Positions 39,336 to 53,349 of a stretch of DNA of 64,000 bases are shown here, piece after piece. The stretch comes from Eledone cirrhosa. Taxonomy: Eukaryota. The stretch spans positions 353,028,001 through 353,092,000 of the forward strand of contig OZ024743.1 in assembly GCA_964016885.1 (NCBI GenBank), written 5' to 3'. The notes beneath the pieces were generated by a model. That model did not search any database. It was not told the DNA's origin and saw only the letters and a program-made list of their open reading frames with translations. The translations under genes and the position numbers were made by a program. Each line of letters opens with the position of its first letter. Within the stretch, counting starts at the first letter, position 1.

Positions 39336-39653
39336 TATATATAAATAAATATATAGACAGACTAAATAAAAATGGCGTAGACATACAATGCAACGGGAGG
39401 AAACAATAGCACCACTGACGATGTTGCAGATGTGCAAAGAAAGAACTCTGATAAACTATATATATGTGTTTGTGTCTATATTGTATCTGTATTATTTTTG
39501 ACCGCAGGTCAGTCAATGGCAACATTGAGGACCGAATAAATTAGATTGCGGATATAAAAGACACAGAAGCGACAAGCGAAAACCAACCAAACAGTGAGTG
39601 TGTTCTGTTATTAATTCTGGCAATATTACACAAATATGACCCTCCCCAAGTAT

Positions 39654-39685
<32 letters not shown>

Positions 39686-40110
39686 GGAGAGAGAGAGAGA
39701 GAGTGTGGGGGGGGGGGGAGATTTCAATATATATATATATATATATATATATTACTAAGATATTTTATATATTACAGAAGTTAATGGATATGACAGGACG
39801 AAAATATAACATTATGTATATTAAATTTCCAGCATGAAGCATGATTCTTTATTAAATGAAACACCATTTTCCAATGGTAAAGAAAAAAAGAAATAGTTCT
39901 CTACTTCTGTTCTTGACATATGCTAATATAAATCAATAAAGCTCCCAAAATTGAATAAGTATGTATATCGTGTGAATCGGTCAGTTCTGGAATTCATTTC
40001 ACCTCACGGCTTTCGAAGTTAGTTTTACGAACTTTATAAATTAATGTTTGTCGTCGCAGACAATTACTCGTTTGCTTGGACTGTAGTTGTTGTTATTATT
40101 ATTATTATTA

Positions 40111-40589
40111 TCTGGTGGCCATGGCGAAAGAGATAGTATGGTGGACACGTTTGAAAGGGCTGAAGACGAGCACTTACCTCTTCGGTGATGCCCTGATTAA
40201 CTTTTTCAAATTTCATTTGAAAAGGAAAATCAGGGTAGAGAGGGAAGTGCTCTCTTCCCAGCATTTTGTTGAAAGATGGGTGAGAGAGACAAGAATGGTC
40301 CGAGTGAATACTCTGAGTATGTCTCTGTAAATTAAAGGTGGAAAACTGGGAGAGGGCACTTTCCCTGGTGGTCAGGGTCACTGTAGCTTTTTAATGGGCT
40401 TTCTCCACGAATGTCCCTCGGAAGTCTCCCCCTCCTCCCCTATTGGGGAATTTTTCATTGTTATTTTTTTGTTACATCCTCTGTTTTTGATTTTTACACG
40501 CAGAAATGCCCATTTGTACCGTCCTGTATTGTCCTGTACTGTCCTTAATGTCTACTTTATGTAAACCCTTGTGGTTAATAAAGAAACCA
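40111..40589 (+). mobile_element. 5'-truncated Tx1/L1-type LINE 3' end in (TTA)n
   Basis: Nearly identical to 44545-45020, with (TTA)n on both sides. Confidence 0.9.
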
Positions 40590-40823
40590 TTATTATTATT
40601 ATTATTATTGAATGCTATGGTTGACGGAGGCTCGGCTCTGTAAGGTATTGTAAATTTTGAACGCTATAACAATTGTAAATTGTTTAAAACTTTAACGAAC
40701 TTGTAGACAAAAACACCCCCCTCCTCGTGAGAGGGGTCTTTCTGCCCGTTATTTGGCCCTTCGGGGTTAAATAACTGCTTATTGGGGTTTTGTGCCCAAT
40801 ATTTATTTTAAACAAAAAAACAA

Positions 40824-41715
40824 CATGGCTACGAAAAAGAATTTTCATAGGTCACTCCCACTCATTCCGTCTTCTTCTTCCTCAATCATCACTACAGCAG
40901 AGAGAAGATTGTCTCTCTCCCTCCCTTCTTTAAATGTGTCTCTCTCCCTCCCTTCTCTTTCGCAAGCGACGACAGAAAAGAAAAGTCTCGTGCAAAGCGT
41001 GCAAGATTTCTCCACGACGACGACGACAACGACGAAACAGGTGTGCGGGAAATACGAAAACCCATTTCATTCGTCTGACGTCAGGAATAATAGCAGTAGC
41101 AGCCGTAATAACAACAGCAACAGTGACAATGAAAACAACAGTAGCAGCCGCAACAGCATCACCAGCAGCATAAACAACAACAGCATTAGCAGCAGCAACA
41201 CCAACAACAACCACAGCAACAGCGGCGGAGGCAGTAGTCGTAGTACCTGCAGCAACAACAAAAGTAACAGCAGCTCTGACGACAACAACAACAGCAGCAA
41301 AGAAAAACCAATCTCGTTTGCAGGTATCGCGAAGAACCTGGAAACAATACTCATAACAAATGAGGAATTAGAGGAAGCGAAGAAGATGGTGACAAAGAAT
41401 GGACACCGAGCAATCTGCAAGGCAGCGGAATCATTTTTCGAAACCCAAGAGCACTGTACGGTCACGTACCGTACAGTAAGTACAAAATCCCGTAGGGTTG
41501 AAAGAGCCACAGAGGCTCAAATACAAAAAGCCTTGGGGTCTGTGTGGCAGCGGAAAACTCACATCACCCGAGGCAAAAAAATATGCCACCGTAGACGTAC
41601 TTTTTGCCACACCCCAGGAGGCAAAGGCTCAATCCGTAGTGACCCTAAGGAGCGAGGAAATGGTGTTGGTGCCCTCCTACTGCGGGCAAAAAATTGTGAG
41701 GGTCAAACTGACCCA
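40824..41715 (+). pseudogene. LINE ORF1 (Ser/Asn-rich N-terminus, frameshift ~41580, truncated)
   Basis: Lies upstream of the APE domain. KPISFAGIAK motif; continues in another frame as YATVDVLFATPQEA. Confidence 0.6.
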
Positions 41716-41912
41716 CGATTTCAGGGACCTAGGAGGAACTATCAATCGAAGAGTATATTCAGACATACTCATAGAAGAGCCGACGACCAGCCGAAGGGAC
41801 GATTCAACGGTCCCTTCACCAGACGATCAAGTGAAAAGGGATGTAAAAACCATCCCTCCTCTACGAAAAGTACGGTAAGTGGTCTTTCCCATCTTTTCCA
41901 CTCTATTTTAAA

Positions 41913-42665
41913 CATGACCTCATTCAGAATAGGCAGCATAAATGCGCGTGGCTCGGGGTCGTCATGGAAGCAGGGTCACCTGCTCAACGACCTCAGGTCA
42001 CTAAACATAGATGTAGTGGCCATCAGCGAGACCAGAATCTCCGAAGCACGTGCCTTCGCACCGATCTTCGGCGGCTACGATGTGTACGCATCTCCCAGCC
42101 GTCCTGGATCCGGTGGAGGAGTTGCTGTGCTTTTTCGGAGAGGTTTGGATCTCGCCATACGGGCCATCTTCCTGGACCCAGAGGGTAAGCTGGTGGTGCT
42201 GGACGTGACCAGCGGAGACGGGCAAGCTTTCAGGCTAGTGGCCGTCTATGCCCCGACAGGAGCAGGGCGGCCTGATTTCTTCCGGCGTCTGGAGACCTTT
42301 CTTGGAACGTCCCGCTCTTTAGTGTTAGTGGGCGACTGGAACGGGATCTTAGATGCACGCTGGGACTGTGTGGGATTAGCGGATAGGGGTGGAGGATGCA
42401 AGAGCCTCACCAACCTGCTCAGGCGTTTTGAACTGTCTGACAGATACCGATTGGATTTCCCGAATGTGCCAATGTGGACTTGGACAAATCGCATAGGTTC
42501 ATCCAGATCATATCTAGATAGAGTATTTTGTAGGGAAATAGATAGGTCTAGCATAGGCTGTCCACAATTCAAGATAGTCAGCTACACGGACCACAAATTC
42601 GTGATCTGTGTGCTTGACTTAGATAGGCTTCATAGACGAGGACCCGGCTACTGGAAGCTAAACGC
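41913..42665 (+). pseudogene. APE endonuclease domain of LINE ORF2
   Basis: GSINARG, AISET, GGVAVL, VYAP, VGDWN, YLDRV, TDH, WKLN. Confidence 0.9.
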
Positions 42666-42694
42666 CGATAACAGCCGCTGAAGTAAGGGAGGCA

Positions 42695-44770
42695 ATGACT
42701 GGCTGCACAAGGGGTAAATCGCCTGGTTTGGATGGTCTGCCCTATGAACTTTACGTACAGATGCCAGACTTGTTCGGAGGCCTCTTGGCGGACGTCTACT
42801 GCAACTGGCAACAGAACGGGAGAATTCCCAGTTCTGTGAGCCGAGGAGCGGTGGTACTGCTGAGAAAGGATCCGAACAAGGGGGATAACATAGATAATTT
42901 CCGGCCCATAACTCTGCTAAACACAGAGTTCAAGATTTTGGCCAAGGTGCTAGCAAAGAGGTTGGCGCTTGTCGTTGGTGGTCTGGTGGGAGAGGTGCAG
43001 ACATGCGCCATTCCCGACAGATCCATCCACGACAACCTCCACCTCATGCGATACATCGTAGAGAGGGTAGCTAGGGAACCTGGCACGGGTGGGTCCTTGA
43101 TCAATTTAGATCAGTCGAAAGCTTTCGATAGGGTCGACCATCGTTACCTAGCGGCAGTCTTGAGGGCGGCTGGCTCTGGACCCGTCTTCAGAGGCTGGAT
43201 CGCTGCCATGCACAGCGACATCTGCTCTGTGGTGAGAGTGAACGGTCACCTGTCGGAACCGTTCAACATCATGCGCTCGGTCCGCCAAGGATGTCCCCTC
43301 TCGTCCCTCTTGTACGTATTGACTCTCGAGCCATTACTGCACAAACTGGAGACGTTGAGGGGCATCCCGCGCGAACTAGGATGCGGAAGATCCGTGTCAG
43401 CATATGCGGACGATGTCACCGTAGTGGTGTCGAACGCCAAACACATCGAGGCGATCGGCACTACACTAAGAGAATACGAAGCGGTGACAGGAGCAATGAT
43501 CAACCAGGAAAAGTCAGTGGGCCTGCAGCTCGGCACCTGGAGAGGCAGGTCCATGCCGTCCAACAGCGTCGTCGGACGCTGGACGGACGGACCGGTTAAA
43601 TTGCTAGGGGTCTGGTTCGGTCCAGACCTCCAGACGAACAAAAACTGGGACGAGGTGACGAGCAGGGTGGCTTATCTCACCCAGAAATGGGCGGAGAGGA
43701 AGCTATCCCTGAAAGGTCGAGCGGAGGTGGCTAACGCGTACATCGCGTCTGTCATCTGCTACCGCCTGACCGTCGTACCTTGTCCTAACCCTCGCCTGAC
43801 TGCGCTGGAGCGTTTGCTCTTTCGCTTTTTGTGGAAGGGACGCGCTCCGATGGTCAGGCGGTCCATCTGTTGTCAACACCCGCTACGTGGAGGGCTGGGC
43901 ATGCCGTGGCTGATGATGCGCAGGCACGCGCTCAGGCTACGACATCTCCACCTCTTCCTCGACGGTGATCAGGTGTGGTCGCCGTTTGCTAGACACGCCT
44001 TTCCCCAGCTCGTCTCCTTGACGGAGCTGCAGTCCTGGGTCAAGCGAAGACCGAGAGGGAGCGCCTGGAGACTGGAATGTCTTCAGGCGCTCACAGCCCT
44101 CGACCAATCGGGCAATGTGATCGGTGGAAACTCCACCTCGGCGTTCTATAGAGGATTAGTGGAGGGGGAGAGCGACGACGTACTTGGGGAAACTCTAGGC
44201 GTCGACGAAAATCAACTAGCCAATCTCTTCGGAAGAACTTTCGGGTCAGGGCCTATGGACAACTTCCAGAAATCTCTGGCCTGGCAGTGCTACCGAGGAG
44301 CCTTGCCAGTTCGGGATAAACTCTACAGGCATGGAGGTGCCGTCAGCCGGGCATGTCCGAGATGCGCGCAGGGCGACGAAACCGTCCTGCACGCACTCGT
44401 CCAGTGTCCGAAAATTGTTGACTTGTGGGTTTATGTCGAACACCTGCTGTCGCGTTTAGGACGGATCCGGCTATCATCTGAGTCCATCGTGAGGATTGCC
44501 CCGCCCTCCTCCTTTAGCCGGGAAGGGCAGGCAGTTTTTATCTGTCTGGTGGCCATGACGAAAGAGATAGTATGGTGGACACGTTTGAAAGGGCTGAAGA
44601 CGAGCACTTACCTCTTCGGTGATGCTCTGATTGACTTTTTCAAATTTCATTTGAAAAGGAAAATCAGAGTAGAGAGGGAAGTGCTCTCTTCCCAGCATTT
44701 TGTTGAAAGATGGGTGACAGAAGCAAGAATGGCCCGAGTGAATGGGCCTACTCTGAGCATATATCTGTAA
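42695..44770 (+). CDS. LINE ORF2 reverse transcriptase and C-terminal CCHC (partial)
   Basis: KSPGLDG, FRPITLLN, DQSKAFDRV, VRQGCPLS, AYADD, GGLG, CPRC..ETVLHALVQC. Confidence 0.9.
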   Translation: MTGCTRGKSPGLDGLPYELYVQMPDLFGGLLADVYCNWQQNGRIPSSVSRGAVVLLRKDPNKGDNIDNFRPITLLNTEFKILAKVLAKRLALVVGGLVGEVQTCAIPDRSIHDNLHLMRYIVERVAREPGTGGSLINLDQSKAFDRVDHRYLAAVLRAAGSGPVFRGWIAAMHSDICSVVRVNGHLSEPFNIMRSVRQGCPLSSLLYVLTLEPLLHKLETLRGIPRELGCGRSVSAYADDVTVVVSNAKHIEAIGTTLREYEAVTGAMINQEKSVGLQLGTWRGRSMPSNSVVGRWTDGPVKLLGVWFGPDLQTNKNWDEVTSRVAYLTQKWAERKLSLKGRAEVANAYIASVICYRLTVVPCPNPRLTALERLLFRFLWKGRAPMVRRSICCQHPLRGGLGMPWLMMRRHALRLRHLHLFLDGDQVWSPFARHAFPQLVSLTELQSWVKRRPRGSAWRLECLQALTALDQSGNVIGGNSTSAFYRGLVEGESDDVLGETLGVDENQLANLFGRTFGSGPMDNFQKSLAWQCYRGALPVRDKLYRHGGAVSRACPRCAQGDETVLHALVQCPKIVDLWVYVEHLLSRLGRIRLSSESIVRIAPPSSFSREGQAVFICLVAMTKEIVWWTRLKGLKTSTYLFGDALIDFFKFHLKRKIRVEREVLSSQHFVERWVTEARMARVNGPTLSIYL

Positions 44771-45017
44771 ATTAAAGGTGGAAAACTGGGAGAGGGCACT
44801 TGCCTTGGTGGTCAGGGTCATTGTGGCTTTTACTGGGCTTTCTCCACAAATGTCCCTCCGAAGTCTCCCCCCTATTGGGGAATTTTTCATTGTTATTTTT
44901 TGTTACATCCTCTGTTTTTGTTTTTTACACGCAGAAATGCCCATTTGTACCGTCCTGCATTGTCCTGCACTGTCCTTAATGTCTACTTTATGTAAACCCT
45001 TGTGGTTAATAAAGAAA

Positions 45018-45077
<60 letters not shown>

Positions 45078-45785
45078 GGAGTAGTATTATTGTTGTTGTT
45101 GTTGTAGTTCTGTCTTTGCTCATACACGGGATCTTTTAACATTACGAAAGATGATGTATTGTCAATAAACTACATAGTTCGTGAAGCCATATCTGAGAGC
45201 ATAAACAAAAAGAACCCCCTTCCAATCTAAGTAAGAATATATATATTTGGTCTCTTTTTTTCTATAATGTTCTGTTACCATATACACAGAGGACGTGACG
45301 ATGTCATTCAATATTGCTGTTCAGAATATTTTCCAAATTTGTCACGGACTCGATGGAACTGTAATTTAATCAGAAAGTGTGTATAATGGCAATCTCTGAA
45401 ATAACTTACATCAACAATTAACATAAGTCTAAATTTCTTATTTAATTATTAATAGAATTGCCTATAATATTTATGCGTGCAATAATACCGAAACTTGTCC
45501 ATTACTTGTTTCCAAGTTATTGCTATTAAAAGACAATATTTACTCCTATCTACATTGCTTTTATTTTCCACAAATTTAGATTGGTTAATATTATGTGAGT
45601 TATCTCCCTTCCTTGTTTTTAGATTTTTAAACACTTTTAGATGGAGATTTTGTTTAATAATGCCATAGATAATCTCAGTTAATAGAAAATGTTCAACTCA
45701 CTACATTACATGAGACTTTATTATATATGTATATAGAATACAGAAAACTCCCTTGATGTATATTCCTTCAACCATGTTATATATC

Positions 45786-45877
<92 letters not shown>

Positions 45878-45919
45878 TTTAAATATATTTATCTTCCTAA
45901 TAATTGTCACTTTCTCCGT

Positions 45920-45969
<50 letters not shown>

Positions 45970-45983
45970 TTGTGTAAATATAG

Positions 45984-46049
45984 GTGAACAGTGAGCTGTA
46001 CTGATGAAGGGTGATACCCAGAAACATTAGTGTCTGCAGTTCTGTTTAC
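45984..46049 (+). ncRNA. Type I hammerhead ribozyme (family C)
   Basis: Stem I GTGAACA..GAGCTGTA / TGCAGTTC.TGTTTAC, CTGATGA, stem II GGGT/ACCC, GAAAC..GTC cleavage triplet. Confidence 0.8.
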
Positions 46050-46271
46050 ATGCCAACACAAGAGCAAGAATGAAGAGTTCATTCTACTGAAATAGCTATA
46101 AAAATGAGGCTTGTTTTCATAATCGCAAACGAATCGAACGTTATTATTAATATTCGAAAAACTCAGATTATTTATATATATATTTATGTGTGTGTGTACG
46201 TGTGTGTGTGTGTGGGTGTGGGTGTGGGTGTGTGTGGGTGTGGGGGTGTGGGTGTGGGGGGGGGGGGGGTG

Positions 46272-46510
46272 TAAGGAAAAGAAATGGAAATGCAACGAGT
46301 ATTTTTAAGAATATTTATTGTTTAAGAAAAACCACAAACCCTCCAACTCAATTCTACTTTTGAAAAGCATAAGAACTGTGAAACCGGTAAAGGAAACAAA
46401 TAAATATTCTTAAATAGACTCCAGTTGCATTTTCGATTTCTTTTCCTTATACTTTCACTCGTGTAGTACATCTCATTTTTTTTCATTAAAAAAAAACCTT
46501 CATTTTCTTA
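46272..46510 (+). mobile_element. Mini foldback element, paralog of 6100-6323
   Basis: Colinear similarity, including TTGAAAAGCATAAGAACTGTGAAACCGGT. Confidence 0.7.
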
Positions 46511-46524
46511 TATATATATATATA

Positions 46525-48302
46525 TAAGCAAAGAGATATTTAATTTGTTGGTTATTCAATGATGTCTACAAGAACTGAATAACTGAATAATTCTTTCTTT
46601 TTGTTAATAGTGTTTTGGCAGGTAAATATATAAAATATTTCTTCAATACACAAATGACAAATTCTTGATAGAGCCATATTTCGGTATGCGGGCGCTTTCG
46701 AAATCGTTCCCCAAGAGATTCAATAGTCAATATTATTGTCTTTTAAGTACCAAATTAGATGTGATAGTGATGTAGAAATTTTTTTATCGAATTATTCCAA
46801 AGAATGGCTTTCAGAAGTATCTTTAATCTATAGAATATATTTCACTTGTTTACATTTTATATGTCTTCACTATGTTTTTGTCGAGATTTTGTGGTGATTT
46901 TTAAATGATATTTTTCTTTTTATCTAATATTTTTCAAATGATATTCTTTTTCAAATGATATTCTTGTTAATGGTTTTCAATGATATTTTAAAATATATCT
47001 TTTTTCTGATAAATTTGATAATGTTTCTAAGTATACTTATGATGTCTGTAATAATATTTTTTCACTATATAGAATTTAACACATGCATTGATGTAGATAA
47101 TACTATCTAAATACATATATAAAAGAATTCTCATCTTTGAAAACATCTAATATAAAATACCTTATATTCATATACAAAATAATATATTAAATTTTTCTAC
47201 TTATATTCCGCATATATCTTAATTGTATATTTCTTTAAAAGTAAATTCTAGAATTAAATGACAAATGTAACAATTATTTTAACTAAGAAACATTGGAGTT
47301 ATCTTTTCCTTTATAATATAACACTCTTAAACATTCCTTCTACGTAACAACTAAACTTTACATAAATATTTATTTTCGTCGACTTAATAAATTTTTTGTG
47401 AATGTTTCCTATCTTGATTGAACTATCTGAATGTACAAAATAATCTTCTCAAATAAAATTTATAACTACGTCCTTTTCTTAACTATATATTGAAAATGTA
47501 AACATAAAATTCTTCTTAACCCCTAATATATATAAAAATATTTAATTTATCTATCTAGTGAAAATAACAACATATATACTCACCAAAAATATTTATATAA
47601 ATACTTATATAAATAACTCGTTGTAATATAATAAACTAAAATATACTTACAACCTTAAAATATACTTATAAATATTATCTATATAATATAACTCATGATT
47701 TGAATAGATCCAATAATTTGTTGTATATCTCTTTTTTTTTTTTTTTTTTAAATTGGTATTCTACCACTTCAACAGATTCTTAACTCTCATATTATTTTAT
47801 AGATACTACCAAAATATATGATTATATAATTAAATAATTAAATATAATTATATCACTCTCTTTACACCATCACTGATATGATCCATACAATTTTATCTTA
47901 ATAATAATAGTGTATTTCTAACTACTTTTTTCTTATAATCACTCCTTAAATTTCCTGACACCCTAATATTAATATTAGCTCTCTTTTTTTCTTTTGTTCT
48001 TCTTCCATTTATAAATTATCCTAATAATTATTTAAATTTACCTAGCGTCTAAATATAACGATCTTTTTTCAGCCTTACGTTTCAACCTCATTTACATATT
48101 CATCCAAAAGATTTGAAATTTTTCTTTCACTATCCAAACGGAACCTGAACCGATAAGGTTTCTGGGATATGTCACTATTTATAAAACAAATTTTGTATTT
48201 TATCTAATGAGAGCGTAACAAAATGTTGGTACCCTTGAAATATATATTATAAAATAAATATGGTTTTATAAATATAGTATCCATTTATTAATATCATTGA
48301 TA
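46525..48302 (+). mobile_element. PLE remnant (inverted GIY-YIG piece plus forward 3' UTR), family of 58455-62214
   Basis: 46560-46790 is the reverse complement of the endonuclease coding region 60910-61130. 46795-48300 resembles 61130-62214. HHR-like CTAATGA..GAAAT at ~48204-48245. Confidence 0.7.
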
Positions 48303-49027
48303 TTATATATATATATATATATATCTTTCTCTCTCACCCTATTCCCCCTCTCTCTCACACGCACACAACATACTATCTGTGTGTTTACATGTGTATATAG
48401 TAGTGTGTATAATTCATATAAATGCATAATATATTAGCATTTGTATTTGTATAGATGTGTGTATGAGTTCAAATATACGCATTATACGACTAAACAACAA
48501 AATCAATACAAACACCACTATCAACGCCATCAATACTAGCATCAACATCTGTACCACCACTACTATCACTACTGTCTCACACCACCACCACCACCATCAC
48601 CGCTATCACAAAAAGGTACAATAACAATAATACTACCTCTAACACCAACTCCAGTTTTTTCACTAATACCCACCATCATTATCAGTACAGCCACCAATAC
48701 TAGTTCTACCAACACAATTATATCATTCGACATCACCAACATCACTACTAATCCACCACCAACACCAATACATTAACAGCATACAACTCCACCTATAGTA
48801 AAACATCATTATTAATACAAAATCCAAATATCAAAAAAACAAAAAAGCCAATAAAGTCACTTGACATTTATAATGAAACTAAAATTATCCGTTCTATATA
48901 CTCACTAGTCTGACCAATTCTACAGTTTTTCTGACAATTTATTAAATGTCTTGGTAATTTTTAAATCTTCTTCCATAACAACCAGAATTTTATGTCATAG
49001 TGGCGGTATCATTATGATTATTTTATA

Positions 49028-50547
49028 CTAGAGTACTCGTGTCGTCAATTGTGACAGCAAACATCTTTTCATCTTATCTGAATATATTTAAGATGAAAAT
49101 AAAATAAAATTAAAATGATAAAATTTGAAAGCCATGACAATACGAAATGAACGAACAAGAAAATAAGACGAAGCAAGATGTTCTGTGTTGACTTATTTAT
49201 TTATCTGTCCTGATATTTCGAGATAAAATCTCTTCTTCGGAGGAAAATAGCAAGGGACTAGTCTATGCTCGGTGAATGCGTTATACCATGCTGCCGAAAG
49301 CGGTGGACATAGGTGAGGAAGGAGGGGAGGGGGCATAGTGTTCTATCCTTCTTTTGTTTTTAATTATATTAGAGGTCTTGTAGGTCAATATGTTACAAAA
49401 TTCTTTCCCTTTAAATCTACATATATATATACACACACAAAATTGTATAAAACTACAATCACTGAAATGTATAAGGGTATGTTTATATGTGTTTCTGTGT
49501 GCAAAAGAATAGTTTAAAGTGTTAATACTTGAGTGTTTTCACAGCGAAGGCTTTTAATTCAAAACCTGTGTTTATATCTACATTAAATTTAACTTAAGTC
49601 TTCTAGCATATACTTTGTTCTAGCAAAAATATTTAATACTTAATTACGTTGCAAAACGTATGCACGTCTTGTAAATTAAACTAAGCCTTTTAGCAATATT
49701 TTATATCCTGCTTGATATATAGAGAGTTGCTGTAGTAATATTCCTCTGTATACAGCATCATAGGCCTAGTCATTTTCTAATGAGGAGACAATAATATTCA
49801 AAAACATAAAGATAATATCATGTGTTTTCTGTTTACAAAGGAAGAGTTAAAAGTGTTTTAGTTTCATTTTTTTTTTCACAGCAAAGATTTCTAATTAAAA
49901 AAACTTTAGTTATATCCATCTAAATTTACCATAAAACTTTTAGATACAAGTATTTTTATGTTGTGATAGATTGCATTGAACAATCTTGAAATATTTGCTT
50001 TAATAGTACACAAACTGCCGTTGTGCATTTATATATTTCGTGTCACGCAAAGTAAGATGGTTTCACTGTTTGAATAAAAGACTCTTACGTGGGTTATTTC
50101 CCTTTGCATGAAACGAAGTATATAAATACTCAACGATCGGATAGGAAAAACTTATTTCACAAGGCAGGACACGTTGAATAATGTAGTCCTAGATATACGA
50201 TGTATGAAAAAATACAAACAAAAACAGCCTGGATGATCGCAGCTAGAAGACCTTTGATCATAGGATAACTTGATCAAGGCTAACCTAAAGCTAAAATCCA
50301 CTAATATAATAGCCTTGTGTATTTGTTCGTCACACACAGAAGAAACGGGTGATTACGGACTGAGGAAGGGGGGATGTCTAATACACACACATCTATGTGA
50401 TGCCTGAGGAAGGAGGGGTCTGAGAAACTATAGAAGTCCAGCGTTCTAAGATTCGTCACAGCTCTGTGTTTGTATGTTTGTATCACTTGCGGGAGTGAGC
50501 GCGAAAGAGCCAACAAACAAACATCTCTTTTTTATATTATGTATAGA
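49028..50547 (-). mobile_element. Non-autonomous Helitron
   Basis: Minus strand starts A|TCTATACATAATATAAAAAAGAG and ends with hairpin GTCACAATTGAC then CTAG|T. Contains an HHR-like PLE fragment at ~49206-49245 (core CCGAAGA). Confidence 0.65.
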
Positions 50548-50883
50548 TATTACGATTAGCCGTCATTTTTGACGGCACGGGGCCAGCTAGTATAATAATA
50601 GTATTTAATGTTCTGACAAGTTCATTCTTTCACAAATCTTTCACAGCCATTTTACAAAATCTTCCCACTAAATATTTAAATCAAAAGCCCAGATAGCCTT
50701 CGTCACCATAATTACCGCCAGTGTCTTCACTACATACCCCATCGAAGTCAACTTAAGATCTAACAGCAGCAGCACCACCGCCATTGCCAGTATGTGCAGT
50801 GTCCCGAAACAGACAAGATATGTTATATCCAGATTATTGACCTGTGAATCGTGCTAAAATCCACAGTTACCCAACTCACCTCT

Positions 50884-51735
<852 letters not shown>

Positions 51736-51748
51736 TCTCTATATATAT

Positions 51749-51903
51749 ATAATATGGAAAACGAAGAATCAGTGATGCATCGGAACACAATTTATTACGA
51801 GTATGCTTGACTGAATGCATATGTAAGCGCGTGTGTGTATGTATGGGTGAGCATATATGTGCGTGTATGTATGTACATGTGTGTAAAAATATATGTGTAT
51901 ATA

Positions 51904-52002
<99 letters not shown>

Positions 52003-52141
52003 CTATGTATGAATAGATATATGTACATACGTGGGTCCCCTATGTGTACGTGTGGGCTTATGTTTGCGTATGAATGTACCTATATATTAGAGGTGAAAAT
52101 ATATATATCTGTATGTACATGTGTGAGCGCAAAAACGCAAG

Positions 52142-52189
<48 letters not shown>

Positions 52190-52722
52190 ACACAGATAAG
52201 TGTACGATTAATGGCTGGGAATGCTTGTATATAGGTGTGAGCACATGTGCGTGTGGATGTATATGTATGGGGAGCCAGGCAAGCAAGGGATTGGCATGTG
52301 CATTCATAACTCTCCTACACACACCAGTAATTTATGGCGACAGAATTGGGGTGAGTGACAGCTCACGCCTGAATGGAAATGGTCAGCGGGCAGATTTCAA
52401 TGGTCAAGCACTATGATGACGTCACGAACTATCAACCAATCTAAGCGCCGCGCAAACAGGTGGCAGATGATAAAAATTCGAAGGGTCGGAGTCCAGCAGA
52501 AAGAGAATTTGCTTCGAAATCACTTGACGTATCTGAGGAACTTGCGAATCCAGAGTCAGGTTCTATCCACAAACAGTCGGAGAAACAATTGTAATACGTA
52601 ATATAATTTGTGTTTCGATGCTTCACTGATTCTTTGTTTTCCATATTATCATACTCTGCTCCGAAGGAGCATAGAGTGCTCAACCGGCATACCGCCTATG
52701 GACGCATCCTGCAACCATACTA
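51749..52722 (+). mobile_element. PLE pLTR element with inverted end, HHR and tail
   Basis: 51749-51800 is inverted to 52596-52648. The tail resembles the minus-strand 25005-25180 and 28833-29012 family. Confidence 0.65.
52525..52601 (+). ncRNA. Hammerhead ribozyme with long stem II
   Basis: ACGTAT-CTGAGGA-(~42 nt)-GAAAC-AATT-GTA-ATACGT. Confidence 0.65.
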
Positions 52723-53349
52723 CATATATATATATATATATATATAAAGTTATATAACTGCTATAGATCAGTCAATGTATCGATATGATCAACCCCCCGA
52801 AACGGTCGTAAAACAATGATAGATATAGGTAAAATAACTTGACTTTGTTATTATTTTCATTGTTAATGTGTGTGTGTGTGTGAGAGACGGATGAAAATAA
52901 GATTGTGACCAGGTGTGTAATTGTATTAGTGATTTGGTTGGTCGGTTGTTCATTGTAGTGTGGCAGGAATCGTAGTAGTAACTGTAGGCTTGATTGGTGA
53001 TTTCGTAAGTTGCTCTCTCCCATATAAAGGGCTGTGTGTCTGTCTCGGTGAGTCGAGATGATGGTTGCCATAGCCAGTAGTGGATGAACAATAACAAAGG
53101 TCGCTACTTAATTATTTAACTAAGAAATATCTTCCGTCGAAGTTATTATGATAACATAGGGAAAACAACAAACAACCACAGTGAAACTGTGTATTATGTT
53201 TGAGTGGTTGGTTCGACGTAGATGCTCGTAGTAGTCTGAAAAGTTGCATAGAACTAACCTTTGTTGGAATGGAACGGGAGTATGAGCGTCTCGGTTCGCT
53301 GGTTAAAAAGTCCGAACTGAGCGGGCCGGAGTGAGTCAGTTGGCAACTA

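Larger units (their letters stand above)
40610..45020 (+). mobile_element. Tx1/L1-clade LINE with internal deletions
   Basis: Putative 5' UTR, partial ORF1, APE endonuclease, RT, CCHC, AATAAA and a (TTA)n tail. Confidence 0.9.

Noticed and set aside
40792-42681. 629-aa ORF as a novel low-complexity endonuclease fusion
   Set aside because: It is a chance read-through created by an ORF1 frameshift and deletion running into the ORF2 APE domain.
45130-45700. Very old LINE RT remnant on the minus strand
   Set aside because: There is only a faint resemblance to an RT motif and it is too degenerate to call.
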